Assembly: GCA_030390025.1 (NCBI GenBank)
Contig: CM059425.1
Span: 163,124,001 to 163,188,000 of the forward strand
Source: Squalus acanthias
Lineage: Eukaryota
Length of the DNA: 64,000 nt
Direction of reading: 5' to 3'
The notes beneath the pieces were generated by a model. The model searched no databases and was not told where the DNA came from. It was given only the letters and a program-made list of their open reading frames with translations. Shown here in pieces: positions 39,701 to 54,700 of the stretch. Within the stretch, counting starts at the first letter, position 1; each line of letters opens with the position of its first letter. The position numbers and the translations under genes are program-made.

Positions 39701-42700
39701 TCTATAAATGAATGCACTCAATTTTTTTTATTTTAATTGAATGCATTTGCCAGGCAGACATTTTTGAATTGTAACCCTTAAATATTACTCAATCAAAAGG
39801 ACTGCTCCAACGTGAAGCACTCATATTCAATTAAAAGAACTGATAGCAACATACTCTCAGATCATGTCAGTGCGATCTGTAACTATCAATGACAGGTCAG
39901 CAATCTAATTTAATTTTCTTTCTTTAGGGAAAGTGCTTTGGCTCTGATTGGGACTGGTTGGAACAGAATGTACGTGGAGTATATCAGCATACTAACCTGT
40001 TCAGATGCATACACCCGCTTAAAATTATTAGTAGCATTTTCCTTGTAGCTGTTAAACTTAAGCTCAGTTCCACGCCCTGTGATTGAAAGCATAAGACTGG
40101 GAAAATGGACAAGTTTGCATTAACCTCTGCTATGAAAAAGTTTACATTACATTTCTCCATCGGGGTTTCGATATTAATGGATGCAAACCGATGTGAAAGT
40201 ATTGGGACCCTTAGCATTCAAACTTTACATGTGTCTTTCTGCAAAAATCAGCCTTAATGAGGCACTAAAATGTGCAGGGAATTTGTAAAATAGATATTAA
40301 GCAGATTCAGTTCCTCAATACACTAAACATTTCTTTAAAAACTACAAAATCCCTCCTTCCTTAACAGTTTATCATCTTGTCCTGCTATCTAACTTATTCC
40401 GTATCACTCTCTACTTGTTTGCCTTCCTCTCTAGCAGTCACAAGCACCTCTCATCGCGTATCTCTCTATTTGCCTCCAATTCTTTTGCTCAGTCTTTGTG
40501 GGTATCTCCCAACCTAAATGTAAGCTGCAACACCAATTCGTTTATTGAGAATTGGCTGGAGAGATTTCCAAGATATGACGAGTAGCTTTGATGATTTTAT
40601 TTCCAGAATGATTTATTTTATTAAATGTTTAGGTTACAGATCCTTTGAGTGTGTAATGGGGAACAAACATAGAAAATTCATCGGGCAGTGAATTTTCCTC
40701 TTCCCGCAGGACTGATTTGTTTGCTGGTTGCCTTCTAGTGAAAGGAAAATTACTAATGCATATTTTTAGTTGCAAGATAGTGAAGTTAGTGTTTCTTTTA
40801 CACAAAGTGGTTTTGATTGCTTGCTTTTAAAGAACGGGACATATCGGGTAGTTTTAGTGACAAAAATGTAATTTTGACATTCAATTTTTAACATGCATTT
40901 TTAGAACATAAGAAATAGGAGCAGGCCATTCGGCCCCTCGAGCCTGCTCCGCCATTCAATAAGATCATGGCTGATATGATCTTGGCCTCAACTCCACTTC
41001 CCTGCCCACTCCCCATAACCCTTGACTCCCCTGTTTTTCAAAAATCTGTCTATCTCCGCCTTGAATATATTCAATGACGCAGCCTCCACAGCTCTCTCGG
41101 GTAGAGAATTCCAAAGATTCACGACCCTCTGAAAGAAGAAATTCCTCCTCACCGTTTTAAATGGACGACGCCTTATTCGGAAACTATGCCCCCTAGTTCT
41201 AGATTCCCCCACGAGGGGAAACGTCCTGTCAGCATCGACCCTGTCAAGCCCCCTCAGATTCTTAAATGTTTCAATAAGATCACCTCTCATTCTTCTAAAA
41301 TCCAATGAGTATAGGCCCAACCTGCTCAACCTTTCCTCATAAGACAACCCTTTCAACTCAGCAATCAACCTGGTCAACCTTCTCTGAACTGCCTCCAATG
41401 CAAGTATATCCTGTAAGCAGTTCTCCAGGTGTGGTCTCACAAACACCCTGTACAGTTGTAGCAAGACTTCCCTACTTTTATACTCCATCCCCCTTGCAAT
41501 AAAGGCCAATATTCCATTTGCCTTCCTAATTACTTGCTGTACCTACATGCTAACTTTGTGTTTTATGTACTGTTAGTATCAGCATGTAAAGGTTAAAACA
41601 GTCAGAGTCATAACGGCACAGGAGGTCGTCATTTGGCCCATCGAGTCCGTGCCGGCGCTCTGTAGAGCAATCCAGTCAGTCCCATTCCCCCGCTCTATCC
41701 CCGTAGCCCTGCAAGTTTATTTCCCTCAAGTGCCTATCCAGTCTCCCCTTGAAAACATTGAGTATCTCCGCTTCCATCGGCAGCGAATTCCAGGTCATCA
41801 CCACTCGCTGCATAAAAAAGTTTTTCCTCACATCCCCCTGTATCTCTTGCCCAAAACCTTAAATCTGTGTCACCTTGTCCTTGTACCATCAAATAGTGGG
41901 AACAGCCTTTCCCAGTCTAGCCTATCCAAACCCGTCATAATCTTGTACACCTCTATCAAATCACCCCTCAACCTCCTCTGCTCTCATGAAAACAAATCCA
42001 GCTTCGCCAACCTGTCCTTGTAGCTAAGACCCCCATTCCCAGAAGCATTCTGGTAAATCTCCTCTGCACCCTTTCAAGGGCCTTCACATCCTTCCTAAAG
42101 TGTGGTGACCAGAACTGGACGCAATACTCCAGTTGTGGCCTAACCAGCGCATTATAAAGGTTCAGCATAACTTCTCTACTTTTGTACTCAATACCTCTAT
42201 TTATGAAGCCCAAGATCCAATATGCTTTGTTAACCACTCCCTCAATATGTCCTGCCACCTTCAGGGACCTATGGACATTAACTCCCAGGTCCCTCTGTCC
42301 CTGCACACTCTTTAAAACTGTGCCATTAAGTGTATATTGCCTCTCCCTGTTCCTTCTGCCAAAATGTATCACCTCACACTTCTCTGTATTAAAGTCCATC
42401 TGCCACTTGTCTGCCCATTCTGCTAGTCTTTCTATGTCCTTTTGCAGTCAATTGGTATCATCCTCACTGTTTGCCACACCCCCAAGTTTGGTGTCATCGG
42501 TAAATATAGAAATTCTACTCTGTATTCCAATATCCAGGTCATTTATATATATATTAAAAAAAAGCAGTGGCCCCAGCACTGACCCTTGGGGAACACCACG
42601 GTCTACTATCCTCCAGTCTGAAAAACAGCCATTTACCACAACTCGCTGTTTTCTGTCCTTAAGCCAATTCCTTATCCAAGCTGCCACTGACCCACCTATT

Positions 42701-45700
42701 CCATGAGCCTCAATTTTGTTAACCAGCCTTCTATGTGGTACTTTGTCAAATGCCTTCCGAAAATCCAGGTAGACAACATCCACTGCATTCCCTTCATCAA
42801 AAAATTAAATTAGATTAGTCAAACATGATCTGCCTTTTACAAATCCGTGTTGGCTCTCCTTAATTAGCTTAAACCTCTCCAAGTGCCCGTTAATTTTTTC
42901 CTTGATTATTTCTAAAACTTTACCCACCACTGATGTTAAACTGACCAGCCTGTAGTTACTGGGATTGTCCTTACACCCTTTCTTGAACAATGGTGTCACA
43001 TTTGCCACTTTCCAATCCTTAGGTACCTCCCTCGCAGCGAGGGAAGATTGGAAAATTATGGCAAGCCCTTCTGCTATCTCCTCCCCCAATTCCCTTAGCA
43101 ACCTGGAATGCAAGCCATCTGGATCAGGCAACTTGTCCACTTAGCCAGCCTTTCTAGTACATCCTGTCCATCAATTTTCACCCCTTCAATTGCTTCTACC
43201 TTTTCCACTTCTACCGATATTTTGTCAGCATCCACCTCCTTAGTAAACACCGATACAAAGTACTCATTGAGTATTGTAGCCTTGCCCTGCGCCTCTAAGC
43301 ATATATCACCTTCTTTGTCTCGAATAGGCCCCACCCCGCCTCTTACTACCTGCTTACATGCCGGTAGAAGATTTTTGTTAACCACCATTCTACTCTCATA
43401 TTCTCTCTTTGCCAATCTTATTTTCATCTTCACTTCCCCTCTCAACTTACTGTATTTGGTCTGGTTCTCCCTTGAAGAATTCACCTGACATGCAGCATAC
43501 ACCCTCTTTTTGTTTCATCATCTTCTCCATCGCCCTTGTCATCCAAGGAGCCCTTGCTTTGGTTCCCTTACCCTTCCCTCTTGTTGGAATGTACCTAGCC
43601 TATACTTGGAACATCTCCTCCTTAAAGATCACCCATTGTTGCATTACAGTTGTTCCTGTCAGTCTTTGGTCCCATTTTACCCTGGCTAGATCCTTTTGCA
43701 TCCCATTGAAGTTAGCCCTATTCCAGTTTAGAAGTTCCACTCTAGATTGCTCCTTCTCCTCTCCATTGCTAATCTAAATCTTATGATACAATGATCACTC
43801 GTACCCAAGTGTTCTCCCACAGACACTTGGTCGACCTGGCCAACCTCATTCCCCAGCACCAGATCCAGTAATGCCTCCTTCCTAGTTGGGCCAAGAACAT
43901 ATTGGTCAAGGAAATTCTCCTGAACACATTTCAGAAATTCCTCCCCCTCCTTTCCCTTTACCCCAGCATTATCCCAATCGATATTTGGGTAATTAAAGTC
44001 CCCCAATATCACCACTCTACAGCTCTTGCATATCTCTGCGATTTCCCTGCAGATTTGCTCCTCTATCTCCCTCTCACTATTTAGAGGCCTATAGAATACC
44101 CCCAATAGCATCATCATACCCTTTTTGCTCCTCAACTCTAACCAAATGGATTCTGTCCTTGTCCCCTCAAGAACATCCTCCCTTTCCAACACTACAATGT
44201 CTTCCTTAATCAGCACTGCCACCCCACCTCCCTTTTTTCCTTCCCTATCTTTTCTGAACACCTTGTACTCTTGAATATTAAATGCCCAGTCCTCACCATT
44301 TTTAAGCCACGTTTCCGTTATTGCCACATCATCATATTGCCTCATGGTTAATTGTGCTTGTAGCTCACCAACCTTATTCACCACACTTTGTGCGTTTACG
44401 TACATGCATTCTAAAACCATTTTTGAATTTTTCATAGTCTTTCTTAGTCTGCTCCTATCTAATACGGTACTACTACCACCTCCAGTACTATCTTCTCTAG
44501 TACTATCCAACACACTCACTCTTTTATGCACCTTATTCCTCTTTTCTACTCCTATATGCTGGTGCCCATCCCCCTGCCAAGCTAGTTTAAACCCTCCCCA
44601 ACAGCACTAACAAACCTCCCTGCGAGAATATTGGTCCCGGCTCTCTTGAGGTGTAACCCGTCCAGCTTGTACAGGTCCCACCTTCCCCAGAAACTGTCCC
44701 AATGCATCAGGAATCTAAAGCCCTCCCTCCTGCACCATCTCTCCAGCCACGCATTCATCTGTTCTATCCTCCTATTTCTGTACTCACTAGCACGAGGCAC
44801 CGGGAGTAATCCGGAGATTACTACCTTTGAGGTCCTGCTTTTTAATCTCTCTCCTAGCTCCCTAAACTCTGCCTGCAGGACATCATCCCTCTTTCTGCCT
44901 ATGTCGTTGGTACCGATATGGACAATGAACTCTGACTGTTCACCCTCCCCCTTCAGAGTGTCCTGCAGTTGCTCAGTGACATCCTTGACCCTGGCACCAG
45001 GGAGGCAACATACCATCCTGGAGTCACGACTGACAAATTTTCAAAGGAGAATACATCAATTCAGTTCTAGATGAGCTGGCTGTAGTATCCTGCATAAATG
45101 CTGACTGTTAAGGCTAGGGACATTAGAAAATTCAATTGGACAAATCTAAAGCAATCAATGACAACCATCTTAGGCCACTGTCAGAGATTGCCTTCATTAA
45201 ATATTGATGACTAGCTATTTGTTTTAGTTAAACTATGATCTGTTGCCTTTCTTTCAGGATGTTCATAAGTCCTGTGGTCACAGATCAAAGCATAATTGCC
45301 CAGTTTGTGTACTGACTGACAGCTGTTGATCTGTTTTCTCAAAAATCCTAAGGGTCTTTGATTGGCTGAAGTCCACTGATGGACAGCTCAGTCATCAGAG
45401 CCCTCCAGTCACAGAATCATACTGGGAGTCAGTTTTCAATCAGTGTGTAACTTGCAGTTATGAGCAGCAAGGCTATTTCATCAAGTGAGCGCACTTAGCT
45501 AGGGAGGTAAGCTAGAGAAGATTGAAAGTAAGTGAACTGCTGTTTTAAGGTCTGTGTTTAGCGAGAAAGTGTGTGGTATCCACATTGTTTTACATATGGA
45601 GTGCACAAAATGATATAGCTTGCTATGTTAAACTGGTACTGGTCATTCATGCATCTTATGTAAATAAAACCAAGTACTGGCTCAAAGCCCATGCCGGTGT

Positions 45701-48700
45701 TTATCCAGTCCACCGTTCTAAATATAGGGAATCCATGTGGTGGCAGCACAAATTAAGGGTGTATGTTACAACTCCAGGCTCTCTCTATAGATTATCTGGA
45801 CATTGGACAGGAAAAAGAGCACTCCAGACATAGGAGATGAGGTGTCCAATTATAGGAGCAACTGTTGATGCTGAACCCAAGAAAACATCTCGTGCAATAA
45901 TCCAAAAACATGGCAAATATTTCAGGCAATCATGAATTACTGCTAAAGGGCCTGCGCACCCAAAAAAAATGGGGAAACACTGATCAGAACTATGGGCAGG
46001 AGTTTCCGCTTGGTTGTGTTGGTATTTCCAGCGCAATTCACCCGAAATTGGCCAAACCAGTGCAAAAGATGGATGAATTTCACGCGCAAATTACATTCAG
46101 CCCAAATCACGTTTCTGCGATCTTTTGCGCTAGTTTAAAAAGCATTGCGCTGGAAGCTGGCCACACCCACAAAACTGGCCATGCCACCAGATCGAATTAA
46201 TCATCATTGTGAGTTTCCGCTAATTGTGCCTGTTTGCAGGCCTTAAAATTAAGCTGTTTTATTTTAGGCACGTCTTAAAAGCTTTTAAATATTTTTTTTA
46301 ATTTAAGAAACTGACTACTGTGCACCAATGTAACTAGTAAATGGTTATGTATAGTTTTAAAGTTATTTTCAGTTGTTTAAAATCGTGTTACTCACAGGTG
46401 GTGGACTGGACACTGATTAGAAATGCTCATTTTTTGTGATTAACCCATTTTCAGCTGTATTAATAAAGCTGCACCAGATAACCACTTAAATATATTGAAG
46501 AAAAATTACATTCTAAAATGCTGCCCAATTGCACTGGTTTATGGCCAATTTTACGCTCGGCAATATACATGAGTTTGAGTGGAAACTTAAAAAAAACCTC
46601 AAAACTCGCGCAAATTTTGCCGAGATTGCGGATTACACCTAAAGCAGAAACACCAGGCCTATATTTTTAAATCACGGGAAATATTTCAAGTTATATTGTT
46701 CCATAGCAGCCAGAGAGTAAAACATCTACACCAGGCCCAACCAGCTATGCTTTCTCTTCACCAGTTCCTAGCACTAATCTTACAACCAGCAATTTGATTT
46801 TAAAGCGCTTAAAAGAAAAGAAAGACTTGCGTCTTTCATGACCTCAGGACGTCCCAAAGCGCTTTACAGCCAATGATGTGCTTTCGAAGTGTCATCACTG
46901 TTGTAATGTAGGAAACACTATAGTTCTATTGCCTATTTATAGTGCCATTGGACAAATTGGTAATTCCCAACCTGATGCTACGAACTACCTTTACTTACTG
47001 AGGAGCAATGGATAGAATGGGTGCCAACTAGGATGAACACCAAAGATATGCAGGGATGAAGGACAGTATAAAGAGGTCTTGTGGTCACAGCTACCCTCAC
47101 TCAACCTCACCTACTTGCACCCAGTCTCATGCCCTTGCCTCTCTTTTAAAGTTTACTTTCCCCCCCACCACTGCCTTTGCAGTTGCTGCCCACACATTTC
47201 CTCAAGGTTAACCTGCCTGCTCCCAACTGCTGCTGAAGTCCCTAATCTGTACCACTCTTTCACCTGCTTCCCACTTCCAACCATGATCTCCATCATGACC
47301 CACGCCACACTCTCATCAGTCTTGCTGCCTCGCATCCAGCCCTGAACCACACCACTTTTCTTCGCTAGTTCCCAGCACCACAATGGGAACTGAGAATTTT
47401 TTTATGCCACACCACCCACCCACTTCCACCCGAAATGAAAAGCAAATCAAAAACCAAGCAGAACAGAAACATCGACAAAGTAAAAGGGAAAGAAAAGCAG
47501 AAGAGGAACAGAAAAGCACAAAGAGGAGATACACATATACACACAACCAGCAACAAGATGACAGTCAGAAATAACAGAGACCGTTGATCAATGCCACAGG
47601 AGATCTGATGTATGTCGTCTTCACAATACAATATTTTACTAACAAAATAAACCCACAAGTTTCTCCTCATGTGTTGGATGAAAATGTGATGTATCTGAAG
47701 CTATCACATGGGAAAAATGCATTTTGTTCCCCTATTAGCTATCATGTAGCCTGGGTTTCTGCTAACATAAATAGAGACAGATAATAAACCACGCCCTTTT
47801 TTGATAAAATTAAGATTTGCGACTGGTGAGTTTGTGTGTCGATGTAACACAACTGAAGCAGGTTTGTACAGCAGAAAATATTAAAACCCACACATTGTAT
47901 GATATAATTTTACATCCACAGAATCGGATTGTTTGTCAGAACACAATTTGGTCACTGATATATATACCTGCCATGCCAGCAACTGGTCTGGATCAAGCTC
48001 TGCAGCCTTTTTATATGCAGTCTTCGCCTGCTCAGGCTGTTCCAGCTCTGTTGCAGCAACTCCAATAAAAACCCAAGCATTGTAGTTATTCTTGTCTTGT
48101 TTCAACACAGCCTGCGCAATTAGAATACAAGTGTAAGCAATAACAGTTTAGAGTAGGTAGAGATTGCCCCTACTAGAAATCTGGTTGTTATTCTTTATTT
48201 AGATACATACGTATTCTTCAGATAGGCGATAAAGTACAACAAAAGCGAATTTAAAGTTTGCTGTTTGTTCTTTAATATGGATGCAAAAGTAAAATAAGTT
48301 CTATAATCCAGTTATCTATCTGAAATCTGAGTGGATATTCTTTCCCTTTTTGGGCCTGGATTTGAATCCAGGCCAGACTATCAGATAAAGCGCATGATTT
48401 CAGTCACTTGTTGACTTTAGAAGTCATGTGTGTCATGTAATGACATTTCAAAGTGTGTGTGTGGGCTTATGGTATAAATTGTCAATCTTACTCAGAGATC
48501 ATAAGTTTGAATGGTGTATGAAATGAAAACCATTTATACTTGCAGCAGGCAGTGTTTTTTTCAGGAAGAGGTAAAGGCAGATTTTGTTAGGGCAGAGTAG
48601 ACAAACTTTATTTTGCATTCAGCTTTGCTGCAATTGACCTAGAACTGCCTGATGCCAATACTAGGTGTCCAAATGCACGTGCATTCCATTCTCAGAAGTG

Positions 48701-51700
48701 ATCAGAACAATGCACCAGGAAAATTAAGAAGTATGATCTCCTCTAATGAGTAAAAGTACCACCCAGGATAGAAATAAGCCATCCTGGTCAGCAATCAGTC
48801 TACTAAAATTGGCCTGAGCTTCATTTCACAGTCCCTCCTCCAACTGCTATACAGTGACTTTACTGGAAAGTGCACACGTATAGACTATGACTAAAAGAGC
48901 AGTTTTGACTGCATCTTATGCATTTCCTCTCTACTGCATTATTAAAAATTAAAATAAGTTATTACATTTCCTCCAGCTTAATGTCAGCAAATCCAAAGCC
49001 AGCTTCTTTGGCTCCTGCAAACACCTATAAGTCTCTGGCCTCAACTTCATGTCTCTCTCCCCAGCTGCCACCTTGGCTTAGACCAGAGTTGTGAAACTTT
49101 GATGCAATACTCAACCCTAAGCTTGGCTTCCTCCCTCACATGGCATCCGTCACCAAGGCCACTTTCTTTTACCTCTGCAACATTGCTCACCTCTGCCATT
49201 ATCTCTCCTCAATTTGTCACCGAAATCCTAATCCATATCTATTATCACCTCATACCTGGAATTCTCTGAACACTTTCCTTGCTGGACTCCTTGCTTGTAC
49301 CATTCACCCAGAATTCCAAAGCCCATATCCTCATCCATATCAAAGACAAAAATCCAACCACTCACCGCCGCCAAATTCCACTGGCTTCTGATTGACTAAG
49401 ATTCTCATCTTTACCTTCAAATCTCTCCCTACCTAGTTTCTTAATAAGAGACGAGCTGCAGAGGAGTAACGAGATTTGAATGTCCATGTTCATAGATCAC
49501 TAAAAGCTAGTGCTGTACAAGTACAAAAAGTAATCGAAAAGGCTAAAGAATGTTGGCCTTTATCTCAAGTGGGTTGGAATTACAAAAGTGAGGAAATGTT
49601 GCTTCATAGGAACATAAGAAATAGGAGCAGGAGCAGGCCATATGGCCCCTTGAACCTGCTCTACCATTCACTAAGATCATGGCAGAACGTCTACATCAAC
49701 TCCACTTTCCTACCCTATCCCCATATCCCTCGATTCCCTGAGAGTCCAAAAATCTATCGATCTCAACCTTGAATATACTCAATGACTGAGCATCCACAGC
49801 CCTCTGGTAGAGAATTCACAACCCTCAAAAGAAATTTCTCATCTCAGTCCTAAAAGGCCGACTCCTTATCCTGAGACTATGACCCCTAGTTCTCAACTCT
49901 CCAGCCATGGGAAATAGCCTCTCAGCATCTACACTGTCAAGCCCTCTAAGAATTTAACACGTTTCAATGAGATCACCTCTCATTCTCTTAAACTCCAGAG
50001 AATATAGGTCCATTCTTCTCATCTCCCCTCATAGGACAGCCCTCTCATCCCAGGAATCAATCTAGTGCACCCCCTCTAAGGCAAGTATATCCTTCCTTGG
50101 GTAAGGAGACCAAAACTTTACAATGTACTCCAGGTATGGTCCCAGCAAAACTTCCTCACTTTTATACTCCAACAGCTTGCAATAAAGGCGAACATACCAT
50201 TTGCCTTCCTAATTGCTTGCTGTACCTGCATGTTAACTTTGTGATTCGTGTACATGGACACCCAAATCCCTCTGAATATCAACATTCACTAGTCTCTCAC
50301 CTTTTAAAAAATATTTAGCTTTTCGATTCTTCCAACCAAAGTGGATAATTTCACAAAGTGGATAATTTTTTTTTTCCCTCCCAGAAGCTGGCAGCTTACC
50401 TTCATTCTGCCAGCTTCTGGGAGGGAAAAAAAAAATGTCACACTTCATTTAGCCTCAACCGGTCACATTAACACCTCCTCTTGCCTTGATTATCTCTTAA
50501 TGTCTCTCAATGTCTCTTAATCTCTCCTTTTGTTCTTTCATCCCCGCCCCCTTTTCCCAGCTTTATACTTGCTTTAAATCTATTTCATTTCCTGCTTTTT
50601 TCCAGTTCTGACGAAAGGTCTTCGACCTGAAACGTTAACTGTTTCTCTCTCCACGGATGCTGCCTGGCCTGCTGAGTTTTTCCAGCGTTTTCTGTTGTTA
50701 TTTTGGATAATTTCACACTTCCCCACATTATACTCCATCTGCCACCTTCTTGCACAATCACTTAACTGGTCGAAATCAAAGAGTTTTGCTGATATACAAG
50801 AATGAGCGTGACATACAGGTTTTGACTTAGCTTTGAGAGGCGGAGGCAAAACTCATCTCTCTGACCAAAATGCCTATGTAATTTTTAGAAAGACTAACCA
50901 GTAGAGATCAGCAACTTCCAAAAAGTGTTCTATCATTTGTTTGAAAGATCTGCTAAAAACCCAAAGGAGCTGAACTGTTGAACTAGTTCATGAACTGGTT
51001 CAAAGCTGCGGAGTTATTTGAATTGACTTCAACAACTGACTATTGCTGCTTATTTCTGTGAATGACTACATATGAATGAACCTGTTTGGTAGTCTAGCCT
51101 GCTGAAGTGTCCAGTATGATTGACATCTACTGAAGTGATGGGGCAGGTATTGGACATCTTACATGTAATTCGGAAAACAAAATATGGTGTCATATTTGAC
51201 CCCGAGATGAGCTTCCGATCACATATCCACGCCATCGCTAAGACCGCCTATTTCCAACTCATTTACATCACGCGACTCTGCCCCGCCTCAGCTCATCGGC
51301 TGCTGAAACCCTCATCCATGCCTTTGTTACCTCTCGACTTGATTATTCCATCGCACTCCTGGCCGGCCTCCCACATTCTACTCTTCGTAAACTTGGGCAG
51401 CAGTTCTGCTGCCCGTGTCCTAACTCGCACCAAGTCCTGTTCACCCATCACCCCTGTGCTTGTTGACCTACATTGGCTCCCGGTTAAGTAACGCCTCGAC
51501 TTTAAAATTCTCATCCTTGCTTTCAAATCCTTCCATGGCTTGCCCCTCCTTAATTCTTTAATCTCTTCCAGCCCTACAACCCTCCGAGATATCGGCACTC
51601 CTCCAATTATGGCCTGTTGAACATCCCCGATTTTAATCACTCCACCATTGGTGGCTGTGCCTTCAGTTGCCAAGGCCCTAAGCTCTGGAATTCCCTCCCT

Positions 51701-54700
51701 AAACCTTGCCGCCTCTCTTTCCTCCTTTAAGACTCTCCTTAAAACCTACCTCTCATCTGCCATATCTCATGTGGCTCAGTGTCAAATTTTGTTTGAGAAC
51801 ACTCTTGTGAGCCGCCTTGGGATGTTTTACTATGTTAAAGGCGCTATATAATACAAGTTTTTTTTTTTAAATAGTTCACCACGGGCACACAATCCCAGAT
51901 TACTGCCACACAAGGTCTCGTATTAGTTCAAAATGCAAGTCTTTCAAAAGAAATAAAAGAAAGACTTGCACTTATATAGCGCCTTTTATGCCCTCAGGAC
52001 AGCCAATAAAACTCTTCTTGAAGTGTAGTCACTGTTGCAATGTAGGAATTACACAAGTGACTACACTTCAAAAAAAAATACTTCCAAGGAAGCCACAAAA
52101 AGTAGGCTTTAGCACTGGGCACTAGAAAAAGTACCTCGAGAAGCTTGAATTGTACGAAGAATAATTGGCCTCGATTTTAGCCAATCGGCGGGTCGGGGGT
52201 TAAAATATCGGGATCAAGCAACCCAACCCCAACCACGCCCCATTCCAGGCTGCCGTAATATTTACAGCGGCAATTCAAGCCCTGGATGAGGACCCGGCTA
52301 AAAGCAGGTGGGGGCCTACTTAACACGCAAGAGGCGCGGCCCGATGAGGTCATCGGCACAGCAACCTTTTTTAACCTCACCAGAGGGGGAGTCCTGCAAT
52401 GTCTGCTACTCGGCAGCAGCAGCAACAGGGTGGGAGGAGCTGAATGACCGGAAGAGGCCCGAGTAAGTTTTAAAACTTTGCCTGTTTTTAAACTCCTTGT
52501 GGGCTAGGAGGATCAGGAGTGCTCCACCCAGGCCTCACGAGGAAATCTTCTGCCTCTGCCCCACCTCCAGATCGCGGCCCTACCTCCCTACCTCCCCCCC
52601 CCCCCCCCCGCAACAGTCGCAGTCCTGTCATAGAGTTGAAAGAGGCCCTTCAGCCCATCGTGTCCACGCCGGCCATCAAGACCTATCTATTCTAATCCCA
52701 TTTTCCAGCACTTGGTCCTTAGCCTTGTATGCTATGGCGTTTCAAATGCTCATCTAAATGCTTCTTGAATGTTGAGGGTTCCTGCCTCTACCACCCTTTC
52801 AGGCAGTGAGTTCCAGATTCCAACCACCCTCTGGGTGAAAAAGTTTTTCCTCAAGTCCCCTCTAAACCTCCTGCCCCTTACCTTGAAGCTATGCCCCCTG
52901 GTTATTGACCCCTCTACTAAGGGGAAAAGTTCATTTCTATCTACCCTATCTATGCCCCTCATAATTTTGTACACCTCAATCAGGTCCCCCCTCAGCCTTC
53001 TCTGCTCTAAGGAAAACAACCCCAGCCTGTCCAGTCTCTCTTCATAGCTGAAGCGCTCCAGCCCAGGTAACATCCTGGTGAATCTCCTCTGCACCCTCTC
53101 CAATGAAAATCACATCCTTCCTATAGTGTGGCGACCAGAACTGCACACAGTATTCCAGCTGTGGCCTAACTAGCGTTTTGTACAGCTCCATCATAACCTC
53201 CCTGCTCTTATATTCTATGCCTCGGCTAATGAAGGCAAGTATCCCATATGCCTTTTTAACCACCTTATCTACCTGTCCTGCTGCCTTCAGGGATCTATGT
53301 ACAGGAAACTCTCTTTTAACCGGCACCTAAATATCCGGAAATCTCTCTTAACCGGCAAAATTCAAGAGTAGGTTCAGGTAAGTTTTACTATATACAGTAT
53401 TAGTGGCCGTGTAACTGGGGTTCCTGGATCTGTGGCCGTGTGGCTTTGCTCGCCTCAGAATACTGATTTGTCCCGTTTTGGGGGTACAGTGATCAGAATG
53501 GCAACCCCCTCCTCTTAGAGTGTTTCTATCATTTATATTTGATGGAATATTGCAATAACAATTTTCCTATTTGAATTTCAATTGTCAGGTTAAAATAGCA
53601 GTGTCCTTCTCTAAAAGTGTGCATTCCTCGATATAAAGGGTGCGATGATGGTTGCGCTTGCCCCAAGCACTCTCTGCTCGGTTTCCACAAACTCTAAACA
53701 ATTGTTAAAACAATTGGAATACTGTAAAGGTTTCCTCCCATCGTGTTTGTTTACTTTCCATCTCCGGGTCCCAATTTTTAAGCCTGTGGCCGTGTACGGG
53801 GCTCTCGTACCTTGTTAAGTATACCTCTCTGTAATCCGGACTTTTTGATCAACCGGCACCACGCCGGTCCCGTCGGTGCCGGATAATAAAGAGTTTCCTG
53901 TACATGCACACCAAGGTCCCTCTGATCCTCTGTCCTTCCTAGGGTCCTACCATTCATTGTGTATTCCCTTGCCTTGTTAGTCCTCCCAAAATGCATCACC
54001 TCACACTTTTCAGGGTTAAATTCCATTTGCCACTGTTCTGCCCATCTGACCAACCCGTCTATATCGTCCTGTAGCCTGAGGCTTCCCTCCTCGTTATTTA
54101 CTACTCCACCAATTTTCATGTCATCTGCGAACTTACTGATCATACCTCCTACATTCATATCTAAATCATTACTGTACACTACAAACAGCAAAGGACCCAG
54201 CACCGATCCCTGCGGTACACCACTGGACACAGGCTTCCAGTCACAAAAACAACCTTCGACCATCACCTTCTGCCTCCTGCCACTAAGCCAATTTTGGATC
54301 CAATGTGCCAAATTGCCCTGGATCCCATGGGCTCTTACATTCTTGACCAGTCTCCCATGCGGGACTTTGTCAAAAGCCTTACTGAAGTCCATGTAGACTA
54401 CATCAACTGCACTACCCTCATCCACACACCTAGTCACCCCCTCTCAAAATTCAATCAAATTGGTTAGACATGATCTCCCCCTGACAAAGCCATGCTGACT
54501 ATCCTTGATTAATCCTTGCCTCTCCAAGTGGAGACTAATTCTGTCCCTCAGAATTTTTTCCAATAATTTCCCTACCACTGATGTTAGGCTCACTGGCCTG
54601 TAATTCCCTGGTTTATCCCTACTACCCTTCTTGAATAATGGTACTACGTTAGCTGTCCTCCAGTCCTCTGGCACCTCCCTTGTGGCCAGAGAGGATCTGA

